From Acholeplasmataceae bacterium (GTDB lineage: Bacteria; Bacillota_I; Bacilli_A; Acholeplasmatales; Acholeplasmataceae): a stretch of DNA of 64,000 bases. The notes under the pieces were generated by a model. It had not been told where the DNA came from. It saw nothing but the letters and a program-made list of their open reading frames with translations, and made no database searches. The translations under genes and the position numbers were made by a program. The stretch is from NCBI GenBank assembly GCA_963667565.1, contig OY763415.1, positions 1,184,001-1,248,000 on the forward strand. Direction: 5' to 3'. Positions 20,259-29,310 of the stretch are shown piece after piece; positions within the stretch are counted from its first letter, which is position 1; every line of letters starts with the position of its first letter.

Positions 20259-20828
20259 TTAGAATGATAAGCCTCTAAAACCAGCAAAAGCAAGTGCTAA
20301 AATACCTAAAATAACAAACACGATTGCTTTGCCTCTTAAACCTTTAGGTAAATTACCGTAAATTGCAAGTTTTTCTCTAATTGATGCTACAAGTACAATT
20401 GCAAGTAACCACCCTACTGATGAGCCGAACGCAAAGACAGCTGTTTCACCATAGTTATAATCTCTATTAACAAAGAATTGACTGACGGCTAAAACGACAC
20501 AGTTTACGGTAATCAGTGGTAAATAAATACCAAATGCTGAATAAAGTGATGGTAAATATTTTTCTAATAATAATTCTAAAATTTGAACTGTAGCAGCAAT
20601 TGTAATGATAAATGCTAATAAACTTACATCTTCTGTTCCAGTCATTTTTAATAATTGATAAATTGGATAATTAATGACTGCAGTTAGTGTAACAACTAAC
20701 ACAACTGCTAATCCCATACCACGCGCGTTTTTAACGTTTGTTGATATCGCAATCAGTGGACACATACCTAAAATTAAGGTTAAAGCAATATTATTACTTA
20801 ATATCGAATTAATTAATAGTTCTAACAT
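20259..20828 (-). CDS. nqrE: NqrE/RnfA-family membrane subunit (Cys ligands intact)
   Basis: LGMCP, LPLITVNC, GWLLAIVLVASIREK, PKGLRG. Confidence 0.82.
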   Translation of the reverse strand: MLELLINSILSNNIALTLILGMCPLIAISTNVKNARGMGLAVVLVVTLTAVINYPIYQLLKMTGTEDVSLLAFIITIAATVQILELLLEKYLPSLYSAFGIYLPLITVNCVVLAVSQFFVNRDYNYGETAVFAFGSSVGWLLAIVLVASIREKLAIYGNLPKGLRGKAIVFVILGILALAFAGFRGLSF

Positions 20829-20831
20829 CTC

Positions 20832-21458
20832 TTATACCTCTCCTTCATACGATTTAGCCCAAGTTCTAAGAATCCAAATCATTAAACCTAAAATAAAGAA
20901 TCCACCTGGGGCAATCTTCATAGATGCCCAAGTAGTAAATCCATCAGGCATGACTTGATAACCTAAAATGGTACCAAATGCTAATGGTTCACGAATCAAT
21001 GCAACAAGCACTAAGACGAGCATGTATCCCATACCACTTGCAAATCCATCAACAAGTGAGTATCTCCATGGGTTTTTAACAGCAAACGCTTCTGCTCTAC
21101 CCATAACAATACAGTTTGTAATAATTAAACCAACATATGCTCCTAGTGAATTATAAATATCAGGAAAATATGCTTGTAAGAATTTTTGAACGAAAATGGT
21201 GAATGTAGAAATAATGACCATATATGTTACAATTCTTAGTTTTGATGGAATGTAGTTTCTAAACATAGAAACAAACATTGAACTGATCATCGTAACAAAT
21301 GTCACACCTAAACCCATCGCAATCGCATTTTCTACAGTATTACTGATGGCAAGTGCACTACATAATCCAAGTGCAGCAACATAAATAGGATTGTTGGTCT
21401 TCATACCACTTTTTATAACGTTATACCATTTTGTATATTTGACTCTTATAAAGTTCAT
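20832..21458 (-). CDS. nqrD: NqrD/RnfE-family membrane subunit (Cys ligands intact)
   Basis: NNP...LGLCSALA, VGLIITNCIVMGRAEAFA, APGGFF. Confidence 0.85.
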   Translation of the reverse strand: MNFIRVKYTKWYNVIKSGMKTNNPIYVAALGLCSALAISNTVENAIAMGLGVTFVTMISSMFVSMFRNYIPSKLRIVTYMVIISTFTIFVQKFLQAYFPDIYNSLGAYVGLIITNCIVMGRAEAFAVKNPWRYSLVDGFASGMGYMLVLVLVALIREPLAFGTILGYQVMPDGFTTWASMKIAPGGFFILGLMIWILRTWAKSYEGEV

Positions 21459-21463
21459 ATGAT

Positions 21464-22081
21464 TTAACCTCTACTTTCCCATAAATCTTTATAAATGAAA
21501 TAACTTTCATTTAAGATACGCATAAATGCATTTGATGTATTTGTTGCTCCAGCGATTTGATCCACTTCATTAGGAAGATTACCTGTTGTTCCAAGAGGAC
21601 CAATCACGATTGGTGTTTCAGATGTATCATCAAACTCTAATCCTACAAATTGATCTAAAAATTCTCTTAATACAACTTTACCACCTAAACCTGGAGTTTC
21701 TCCTTGTTGTAAAATGGTGATGTCAACGATGGTTTTAAAATCATCTTCAATCGTTAAGACCCCTACAATATCATTGATATATCCACTTTCAGCAAAAATA
21801 CCAAAAATGAATGAAATATTATTTGTTTGATTATCGATGTATAACTTAACATCTTCACCATGCACTTGATAATCTTCAACTGTAATTTCTGAATTAAAAA
21901 CATCAAACAATGTCTCTTCAGTATAAGTTGCATCATTGTGATTTAAAATAGCTTGATATAAGGCTTTATTTTCGTTTGCCTCAATTCTTGCAGAAAATAA
22001 TAAATCCATACCGACAAATGCGAGTGATGTGATTAAACCTAAAATACCAACAAAGATAACTAATTGTATGTATTGTTTCAT
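21464..22081 (-). CDS. nqrC: NqrC/RnfG-family FMN-binding subunit
   Basis: N-terminal TM, QGETPGLGG, flavinylation motif VDQIAGATNTS. Confidence 0.82.
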   Translation of the reverse strand: MKQYIQLVIFVGILGLITSLAFVGMDLLFSARIEANENKALYQAILNHNDATYTEETLFDVFNSEITVEDYQVHGEDVKLYIDNQTNNISFIFGIFAESGYINDIVGVLTIEDDFKTIVDITILQQGETPGLGGKVVLREFLDQFVGLEFDDTSETPIVIGPLGTTGNLPNEVDQIAGATNTSNAFMRILNESYFIYKDLWESRG

Positions 22082-23013
22082 GCTTCACTCACCTCCTCTG
22101 GACTTTTCTCAAGCATTGGTGAGACAGCATTCATAATGATGATGGCATAGACAACACCTTCTGATGCATCTGCTAAACCTCTAATCACCACTGTAATTAA
22201 AGCAATACCAATACCATATAATATTTTCCCTCTTGATGTCTGTGGTCCGGATACAGGATCTGTAGCAACAAAGAATGCAGCAAACATTAATTGTCCCAAG
22301 AAAAGTGAGAAAAATGCATCATGGAATTGATCAGGATAAAACTTACCTAAAATAACAGTGAATATAGCTGCTGATAATAAAATAGTTAGTGGAATTCGCC
22401 AATCTGCAATCTTTAAGAATAACAAGATAGCCCCTACAACCCATACGCCTAACATGACCGTTGAGCCTATTGTATTAGCATATTGTCCAAGGAGTAATCC
22501 AAATAAATGATCGGTTGTTCCTAAAAATGTCATATCAGAAATATTTAAAGACTGCATCACATCTCCTGTTACAGGATCAATGAAAGTTTGTCCAACTTCT
22601 GTTGGAAACGTCACTAATAAAAATAAATATCCAACAAGTGCGGGATTGAAAATATTTCTTCCAAGTCCACCAAACACACTTTTACCAAAAAATGAAGCAA
22701 ATCCCGCTCCTACCATCACCATATAAAGTGGCAATTGAGGTGGCATTAAAAGTGTAAACATCAGTGCAGTGACAAAAGCTCCATAGATATCTTTACCATA
22801 ATCAAGTTTTCTAACTTTTGCAAAAATAAATTCTACAAATACTGATGTTGCAATAGCAACGAGCCCCATGATAAGTACATAGTATGTATATACAAGTGAA
22901 CCAACCACGAGTAAAACAGCAAGTAGCACAGTCATAATGATTAAATTTTTATGACATACCCTTGGTGTTTGTGCTTTAATTTCTTTATCGTTTGTTTCGA
23001 TTGTTTTCATCAT
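22078..23013 (-). CDS. nqrB: NqrB/RnfD-family membrane subunit, short form
   Basis: PPQLP, KSVFGGLGRNIFNPALVG, ADWRI, ATDPVS, EGVVYAI. No clear (S/T)GAT flavinylation motif. Confidence 0.78.
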   Translation of the reverse strand: MMKTIETNDKEIKAQTPRVCHKNLIIMTVLLAVLLVVGSLVYTYYVLIMGLVAIATSVFVEFIFAKVRKLDYGKDIYGAFVTALMFTLLMPPQLPLYMVMVGAGFASFFGKSVFGGLGRNIFNPALVGYLFLLVTFPTEVGQTFIDPVTGDVMQSLNISDMTFLGTTDHLFGLLLGQYANTIGSTVMLGVWVVGAILLFLKIADWRIPLTILLSAAIFTVILGKFYPDQFHDAFFSLFLGQLMFAAFFVATDPVSGPQTSRGKILYGIGIALITVVIRGLADASEGVVYAIIIMNAVSPMLEKSPEEVSEA

Positions 23014-23020
23014 ATCCTCC

Positions 23021-23623
23021 TTATACGCTTAATCCAAATAAGATTAAAGCAATGATTGAAAGGATTATAAGCTGAATGGGTAATCCTTTAAAACCTTTTG
23101 GAACGGGTGCTTGGTGTAGATGCTTTTCAATAAATGTTAATAATGTTAAAACAAAACCATAACCGATAGCTGCAAATAAACTTAAATAAAAACTATTTTG
23201 AATGGTATCAACACTGCTGATATTAATTAAAAGCACACCTAAAACAATGGTATTTGATACAAGTTGTGTCGTAAATGAACCAATAAGTGCATAGAGTTTA
23301 GGAAATAATCTCTTAATAAGTACATTAAATATTACAATCACGACTGTTGATGTGACAACAAATACAAATGTTTGGAAATATGTAAAATCTTTGACGACTT
23401 CACCTAATTCATTAGTACCATAAAGTAATGTATGATAAATCCAAAATCCTACCATACTTACAAGTGGTAAAACAAAAATTAAAGATAAACTTAATTTGAG
23501 TGCATTTTTAGGTTTTTCTTCTGTCGTTACTAAAGATTCAAGTCCTAAAAATGAGAATAATAATACGTTATTGATAAATAGTGTAGCAACAATCAATGTT
23601 GCAAGCGAAGTAAATTCAATCAT
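23021..23623 (-). CDS. Divergent RnfA/NqrE paralogue lacking the conserved cysteines
   Basis: FINNVLLFSFLGL, SNTIVLG, GYGFVL, APVPKGFKGLPI align to RnfA. The protein contains no Cys. Confidence 0.75.
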   Translation of the reverse strand: MIEFTSLATLIVATLFINNVLLFSFLGLESLVTTEEKPKNALKLSLSLIFVLPLVSMVGFWIYHTLLYGTNELGEVVKDFTYFQTFVFVVTSTVVIVIFNVLIKRLFPKLYALIGSFTTQLVSNTIVLGVLLINISSVDTIQNSFYLSLFAAIGYGFVLTLLTFIEKHLHQAPVPKGFKGLPIQLIILSIIALILFGLSV

Positions 23624-24246
23624 TTAGACTCACCTCTTTGTTGAAAAGTTTTAAAAATACCTAATAATAGTCCAACAATGAGTAATGCACCAAATGCTGT
23701 GTTTGCTAAACTAAATGAATAGACAGGATCAAATAAACGCATAGGAATATTTAATAATGTAATACTTCCAGTGGTTGCGATGACTCTAATGATTGTAACG
23801 ATCACTAAAGCTCCTAAAAACCCAACACCGTATGCAAATCCATCAACAAGACTGTGAAGCGCATTGTGTTCATTGGCATATGTTCTTGCACGTTGTAACA
23901 CTAAGCCACTGACTGCAGTTAATGGGAGGTAAATACCTAAATCTTGATAAAGACCTAAATTTCTTACTTGCATAATCATTTCTGCAACACTGACTAAAAA
24001 TGCAAGTATCAAGATAATAAATACATTTAACATTTCTGGTGATATTTTTGATCTAAATAATGCCACAAACAAATTAACAATGATCATGATGATTAAAACT
24101 GTAAATCCTAATGCAAAAGCTTTTTCTAATGTATCTGAAACTGCTAAGACTGGTGTTAAAGATAAAGCTAATACAAAGAGGGGATTGTTTTTAATTAAGC
24201 CTTGATTCAAAATGTGCTTAAATTCTTCTTTAAAATCATTGAACAT
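23620..24246 (-). CDS. Divergent RnfE/NqrD paralogue lacking the conserved cysteines
   Basis: GLIKNNPLFVLALSLTPVLAVS, LYQDLGIYLPL, SLVDG...G-x-GF align to RnfE. The protein contains no Cys. Confidence 0.75.
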   Translation of the reverse strand: MFNDFKEEFKHILNQGLIKNNPLFVLALSLTPVLAVSDTLEKAFALGFTVLIIMIIVNLFVALFRSKISPEMLNVFIILILAFLVSVAEMIMQVRNLGLYQDLGIYLPLTAVSGLVLQRARTYANEHNALHSLVDGFAYGVGFLGALVIVTIIRVIATTGSITLLNIPMRLFDPVYSFSLANTAFGALLIVGLLLGIFKTFQQRGESK

Positions 24247-25750
24247 AAAGACTTACCTCCTCATTGACATAGTTATTTCTTACATCAGCAACCATTTGCT
24301 CTAATGCAGGGAATGTGAAATCTGATGTCACACCTGCAATTTCATCAATACTAAAGTTTAATACATCTTGATTAATGATGGTATCAATATAAGCTTCTGT
24401 CATATATTTACCACCAATACTTTCAGTTTCATTTTGTGAAACGACAACATATCCAACGATAGTATCTGTATAAGGATCAACAGCGATGACCACATGAATT
24501 GGACCGTTATAACCATCAGCAACTAAATCATAGATGAGAACAGTTAATGTTTGATCATCATTATTCATAACTTCATAAACGCCATTAATCGTATCATAAG
24601 CACCAACATTATAATCTCTTGTTGGCGTTAAATTTTGTGTGTATAAATCTTTACTATATGTATCTTCGAAATATTGTAAGACGTCGACTTTTGGAACTCC
24701 AATGTTTGGACTGTAATGATTCCATGCCAACTGTATACCCGCAATTAAAACAAAGACTGTTAAAATGTAATTCATAACTTTTCTTACGCTAGCTGTTTGA
24801 TGACTTAAATCTTTTCCATCTTCATCTGTAAACCATTTACATTGATTGAAAAATGGAACAAATAAGAATGAAAATAAACTTGCAAATACAACTGCTTCAT
24901 TTTGACCAACAATGATAAATACGTTAACCATAAGTGCTAAAATAATGGCAAATAATATTTTAGAACTTCTACTTGTTGGTATAAGCACTTGGTCAAACAA
25001 GACAAATACAGTAACAAATAAAAATGGCACTTGCATCATGTGTTCATATAATCCACTAGATGAAATCATTGATTGATAAAATACAACAAATAAAAATATA
25101 AATAACACTGGTGTGAGTGATTGTTTAAAATTTTTAATCATGAGTATAAGTGCAATCACTCCAAAGATAAATACACCACTTGACAATGCAAGACCAAAGC
25201 CTTGACTAAAATCATAATTGACTGAAAAATTAACAAAATTTGAAAACAAGTTTGTTTGTGCTAAAGCTGTAAATAGTTGATTATCAAATGTTTGTGCACC
25301 AATCGCATTTGCAAACCCTAACTTAAGTAATAAATATCCAAATAATGCTGGTGAAAATACTTGAAACACATATCCACCAAAGAGTATTTTAGTAATAAAT
25401 ACAGCAAGGGCAGCTACAATTGCAACAACCACAATTGGTGTATTAAATGGAACTAGAATTGAAAGTGATAGCGCAGTGATTAATGCATAATCATTTTTAA
25501 CAAATGTCTTTGCATCATTTCTACTTAACTTTCGATCATGGGAATAAAATAAGATTTCTAGCTCTTTAGTGATAAAAACTGCTACTGCAATATTTAAAAC
25601 ATGTTTAATCCCAAAAATAAACCCTTCTTGCAACACGGTCATTAATACAAGGTAAGATAAGACAATCAAGAGCGCTGTTTGTATGAATTTAAGTGCTTTT
25701 GGATCAATGAGTAATCCTCGATCAAAAAGTTTTCTTGTTTTAGCTTCCAT
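24236..25750 (-). CDS. Divergent RnfD-RnfG fusion protein
   Basis: N-part KILFGGYVFQVFSPAL and FDQVLIPTS resemble RnfD. C-part GYNGPI, SQNETESIG, IDEIAGVT resemble the RnfG FMN-binding domain. Start moved to ATG 25750 (AAGGA RBS), overlapping cydB. Confidence 0.7.
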   Translation of the reverse strand: MEAKTRKLFDRGLLIDPKALKFIQTALLIVLSYLVLMTVLQEGFIFGIKHVLNIAVAVFITKELEILFYSHDRKLSRNDAKTFVKNDYALITALSLSILVPFNTPIVVVAIVAALAVFITKILFGGYVFQVFSPALFGYLLLKLGFANAIGAQTFDNQLFTALAQTNLFSNFVNFSVNYDFSQGFGLALSSGVFIFGVIALILMIKNFKQSLTPVLFIFLFVVFYQSMISSSGLYEHMMQVPFLFVTVFVLFDQVLIPTSRSSKILFAIILALMVNVFIIVGQNEAVVFASLFSFLFVPFFNQCKWFTDEDGKDLSHQTASVRKVMNYILTVFVLIAGIQLAWNHYSPNIGVPKVDVLQYFEDTYSKDLYTQNLTPTRDYNVGAYDTINGVYEVMNNDDQTLTVLIYDLVADGYNGPIHVVIAVDPYTDTIVGYVVVSQNETESIGGKYMTEAYIDTIINQDVLNFSIDEIAGVTSDFTFPALEQMVADVRNNYVNEEVSLYVQ

Positions 25751-26771
25751 GATTTTCCTTATCCTTTCTAAAGAAATATAAATATTTATGACCTTGGTAA
25801 AGTAGGACAACAGGTAAAACAATTAAGACAACAACACTCATGACAACTAGCGCTGTCTCTGAAGCCATCGCATCTGTGATAAGTATACCTTCACTAAATG
25901 CTACTTTAGAAAATAACACATATGGGTATGTCCCAAGAAAACCACTCACAAAGAATAGTAATAAACCAAGAACAAATGAACCATATAACCATGGTGCTTT
26001 CTTTAAGTGTCCAAATAGTGTCATTAAAATAAAAAACAATAAACTTGCTAGTGGTAATGCTAATAAATATGGATTTGCTGAGAACAATTGATTTGAAACA
26101 ATAGAAACAACATTATTATTAATTCCCATTAAAATGATTGCGAATAAAAATGGAACTGCATAAATCAAACCATATTTTTTAATCAACTTAAATGCTTTAT
26201 CACTTAACTGTTCTAATCCATTAAATTTTATCCATACTGAACCCATAATTAGAGCAAGCACAATCATGAGCACACCACCGCTTAATGAAGCGGTTGTAAA
26301 AATAGCGAAAATATTAGTACCCATAGAACCATTTTCATATGGAAAACCTGTAAATAAGTTAACGATATAGACACCGAGTACAAACATGAGCAACATACCT
26401 GAAATACTCCAAGCTAGACTCATATATTTTAACCATTTTGGGTGATCATCTTTAAATAATAATTCAACACTTAAACCTCTAAAGATTAATGCTATTAAAA
26501 GTAAAAATGCAGGGACATAAATACCACTAAAGAGTGAACCAAATGCAGCAGGAAATGCAGCAAATGTTAACCCAACAGCGACAATCAACCATACTTCAAT
26601 GCCGTCAGAATACAATCCTGATGTAAGTTGAAGTTTTCTTTTTTCTTCTTTTGTTGGTGCAATAAATATATTTAAAATACCTACACCAATCGTTGGAATT
26701 TCTTGAACGAGATAAATAAAATATGCAAGTCCAATAAGTCCAAACGCTAAAATCCCTAATATTTCATGCAT
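25740..26771 (-). CDS. cydB: Cytochrome bd oxidase subunit II, divergent
   Basis: DGIEVWLI...FAAFP, LIFRGLS, multiple TMs. TGATG overlap with cydA. Confidence 0.85.
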   Translation of the reverse strand: MHEILGILAFGLIGLAYFIYLVQEIPTIGVGILNIFIAPTKEEKRKLQLTSGLYSDGIEVWLIVAVGLTFAAFPAAFGSLFSGIYVPAFLLLIALIFRGLSVELLFKDDHPKWLKYMSLAWSISGMLLMFVLGVYIVNLFTGFPYENGSMGTNIFAIFTTASLSGGVLMIVLALIMGSVWIKFNGLEQLSDKAFKLIKKYGLIYAVPFLFAIILMGINNNVVSIVSNQLFSANPYLLALPLASLLFFILMTLFGHLKKAPWLYGSFVLGLLLFFVSGFLGTYPYVLFSKVAFSEGILITDAMASETALVVMSVVVLIVLPVVLLYQGHKYLYFFRKDKENHGS

Positions 26772-27940
26772 CAGTATTCTCCTTCAAAACCTTTTTTAAT
26801 GGCTTTTATAGATAAGTAGTAATCCATGAAAAATAATAAGACATAAAATACTACAAGTAAGATGATACTAAACCACACTTGTGATACAGGCACTTGTGAA
26901 ATACCTTCACTGACCTTCATCATATTGTAAATAATCCAAGGTTGACGTCCCATCTCAGCAACCATCCATCCAGTGATAATAGCAATATATGGAAGTGGAA
27001 TCATCCAAAGTGTAATACGTTTAAGATTTGGTGATTCACTTATTTTATTAAAGAATAAGACAACATATAATCCAAAAGCGATAAATAATCCACCTAAAAT
27101 CGTCATCGTATGAAATGCACCTTTGACAACAATAGGGAGCCCTGCACTTAATTCTGGCATATCTGAAACACCATTGGTGATCATATTAAGTTTATCGGGT
27201 TGAACAGTAGCAATAAAATTCATATATACATAACCTGTGATTGGCATTAAAACTGCTGTGATGAGAATGACCCAAGCAGCTATTTTAGCGCTAATCTTAA
27301 AGATTTCTGTATTGTACTTCTTTTGAATATGATACATCGATACGCCAAGAACAATAAATCCTGTGAGTAAGATTGCAGATAGGTTATTGTGAAGTAACAT
27401 ATACCATGAATAAGGATTGAAAATAAGATCAGCAAAACTAGAAAAGACAACTCTGTTTTCTGCTGCAATCCAAGTTGCACCAACTGGATTTTGCATAAAT
27501 CCATTTGCTGATATAATCCATAAAGCTGAAAGCATTACACCAATAAAGATCATCCATACAGTAACAAGTCTAAATGTTTTAGAAATTTTATCTTTTCTAA
27601 AAGCCCAAATACCAGAGAATGTAGCTTCTAAAAAGAATGCTAATAATGCTTCAATAACAAGTGGTGATCCAAAAACATCACCCATCGCTCTTGCATACTC
27701 TGCCCAATTTGTGCCAAATTGAACAGTCATAACAATACCTGTTACAATACCAAAAGCATAGTTGATGATAAATAAATTACCAAAGAATTCTGATAATTTC
27801 TTATATCTTAGATCATCAGATTTATTGTATTTGTGTTCAAATATGAGAACGAAAATAATGAGTCCTATTGTAAATGGTACAAATAGGAAATGAAATGCAA
27901 CTGTAAATGCAAATTGCAAACGACTTAAAACCTCTAACAT
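26771..27940 (-). CDS. cydA: Cytochrome bd oxidase subunit I with very short Q-loop
   Basis: SRLQFA..FHFLFVP, QFGTNW, EALLAFFLEAT, ANGFMQNP, GWMVAEMGRQPW. Start at ATG 27940 after GGAGG (389 aa). Confidence 0.92.
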   Translation of the reverse strand: MLEVLSRLQFAFTVAFHFLFVPFTIGLIIFVLIFEHKYNKSDDLRYKKLSEFFGNLFIINYAFGIVTGIVMTVQFGTNWAEYARAMGDVFGSPLVIEALLAFFLEATFSGIWAFRKDKISKTFRLVTVWMIFIGVMLSALWIISANGFMQNPVGATWIAAENRVVFSSFADLIFNPYSWYMLLHNNLSAILLTGFIVLGVSMYHIQKKYNTEIFKISAKIAAWVILITAVLMPITGYVYMNFIATVQPDKLNMITNGVSDMPELSAGLPIVVKGAFHTMTILGGLFIAFGLYVVLFFNKISESPNLKRITLWMIPLPYIAIITGWMVAEMGRQPWIIYNMMKVSEGISQVPVSQVWFSIILLVVFYVLLFFMDYYLSIKAIKKGFEGEY

Positions 27941-28203
27941 AAACATTCCTCCATATACTTTTATTTCATAAAAGCGTTTAAAAATCATTTATATTTTATC
28001 ATATGGATTTTTATTTGACCTTCAAGACACTTTTAGAATCAATGGCTTTGTTTCTAAAATATACTTTTTATAATAAAGTTTGGTTTTATAGTTTATTTTA
28101 TTTATTTTTTTAACTATGTGTGTCTATGCACGCGACACGCTTGTTCAATATTTAAAGTTTATTATCTATTATTTTTCATTTTATGATTAAAAAAAGAAGC
28201 ATA

Positions 28204-28731
28204 TTAAGCTTCTTCTTTTGTATGTCTTATTTTGTTTAATTGCTTTTTTACTATAGGCGGTAGATACAATAAATAGATATATATTATTATTAGGTATTTT
28301 AAGATCATTGGAATCTCAATGCTTGTAAAATAATTAATAATCAGAATAATAAATGATACTAGCATTGTGATATATTTAACCATATGTTTTTTAGGTTTTA
28401 ATAAAAGTGAAAGCACTGGGACAAAAAAATATATGACACTAGCCGATTCAAAATCACCCGTATTCAATCCTATAAGCAAATAAATCAATATGGCTAATAA
28501 AGGTAATGTATTAAATATACGATCTTTAAATGATCCAAATAAGAATAAAAATGAAATTGGCCAAGATAACCATACAACTATTATACTTAAATAATTTTGA
28601 TGAATAAATAAGGATATGGATATCACAAATAATATCATTGGAAATAAAAATATAATCAACATTTTCAGTGTTTTTTGAATGGCTTGATTTTTAATGGTTG
28701 TAGCATTAAATTTAGAAAATAGATTCTTCAC
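28204..28731 (-). CDS. Hypothetical integral membrane protein
   Basis: 175-aa ORF with about 6 hydrophobic segments, GTG start with GAGG RBS. Confidence 0.65.
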   Translation of the reverse strand: MKNLFSKFNATTIKNQAIQKTLKMLIIFLFPMILFVISISLFIHQNYLSIIVVWLSWPISFLFLFGSFKDRIFNTLPLLAILIYLLIGLNTGDFESASVIYFFVPVLSLLLKPKKHMVKYITMLVSFIILIINYFTSIEIPMILKYLIIIYIYLLYLPPIVKKQLNKIRHTKEEA

Positions 28732-28825
28732 GACATTGAACCTCTTTATATTAGTATTGGAACATTATTATATCATATACAATTAAACATAAAAAAAAGA
28801 AGCAAATTGCTTCTGTTTTTATAAA

Positions 28826-28900
28826 TGGCAGGCCCAGCTGGATTTGAACCAACGATGAGGGAGTCAAAGTCCCTTGCCTTACCCCTTGGCTATGGGCCTA
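28826..28900 (-). tRNA. tRNA-Gln(TTG)
   Basis: TAGGCCCATAGCCAAGGGGTAAGGCAAGGGACTTTGACTCCCTCATCGTTGGTTCAAATCCAGCTGGGCCTGCCA. Followed by hairpin AGAAGCAA/TTGCTTCT. Confidence 0.97.
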
Positions 28901-29114
28901 TATAAATATAGAATATTACATCAAATTGATTTAATATCTCAATTCGCATAAATGATTTTAGCATATACAAAAAATAATTGCAACCTTTAACGATTATTTT
29001 TTTGCTCTTTTTATGATTAATTCATTTTGTTTTGCAAATAAAAAAAAACAAGACTAGATATATGGATTTAATCTAGTCTTTTTAAAAAATATAAAAACTG
29101 AAAGAATAATGAAA

Positions 29115-29191
29115 TGGGGCGGCTGAAGGGAGTTGAACCCTCCAGTGCCGGAGCCACAATCCGGTGCGTTAACCGCTTCGCCACAGCCGCC
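29115..29191 (-). tRNA. tRNA-His(GTG)
   Basis: GGCGGCTGTGGCGAAGCGGTTAACGCACCGGATTGTGGCTCCGGCACTGGAGGGTTCAACTCCCTTCAGCCGCCCCA. Includes G-1 and C73. Confidence 0.97.
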
Positions 29192-29310
29192 ATCTTAATT
29201 GCGCAGTTACTATTATACAATATATTTTGTTTTTGTAAAGTGAAATTGTGTAATTTTTAGGATTTTGTTATGAAACAAAATGTTTTTTTGGTATCATAGT
29301 TTAGAAGGAT

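Noticed and set aside
19164..25750. Calling the cluster a standard rnf operon or standard Na+-NQR
   Set aside because: rnfC, rnfB and nqrA are missing, the membrane subunits are duplicated, and one set lacks cofactor ligands.
28118..28140. GC-rich mini-hairpin GTGTGTC...GACACGC upstream of cydA
   Set aside because: Only 6-7 bp with wobble or mismatch and no expression platform; insufficient to call an RNA element.
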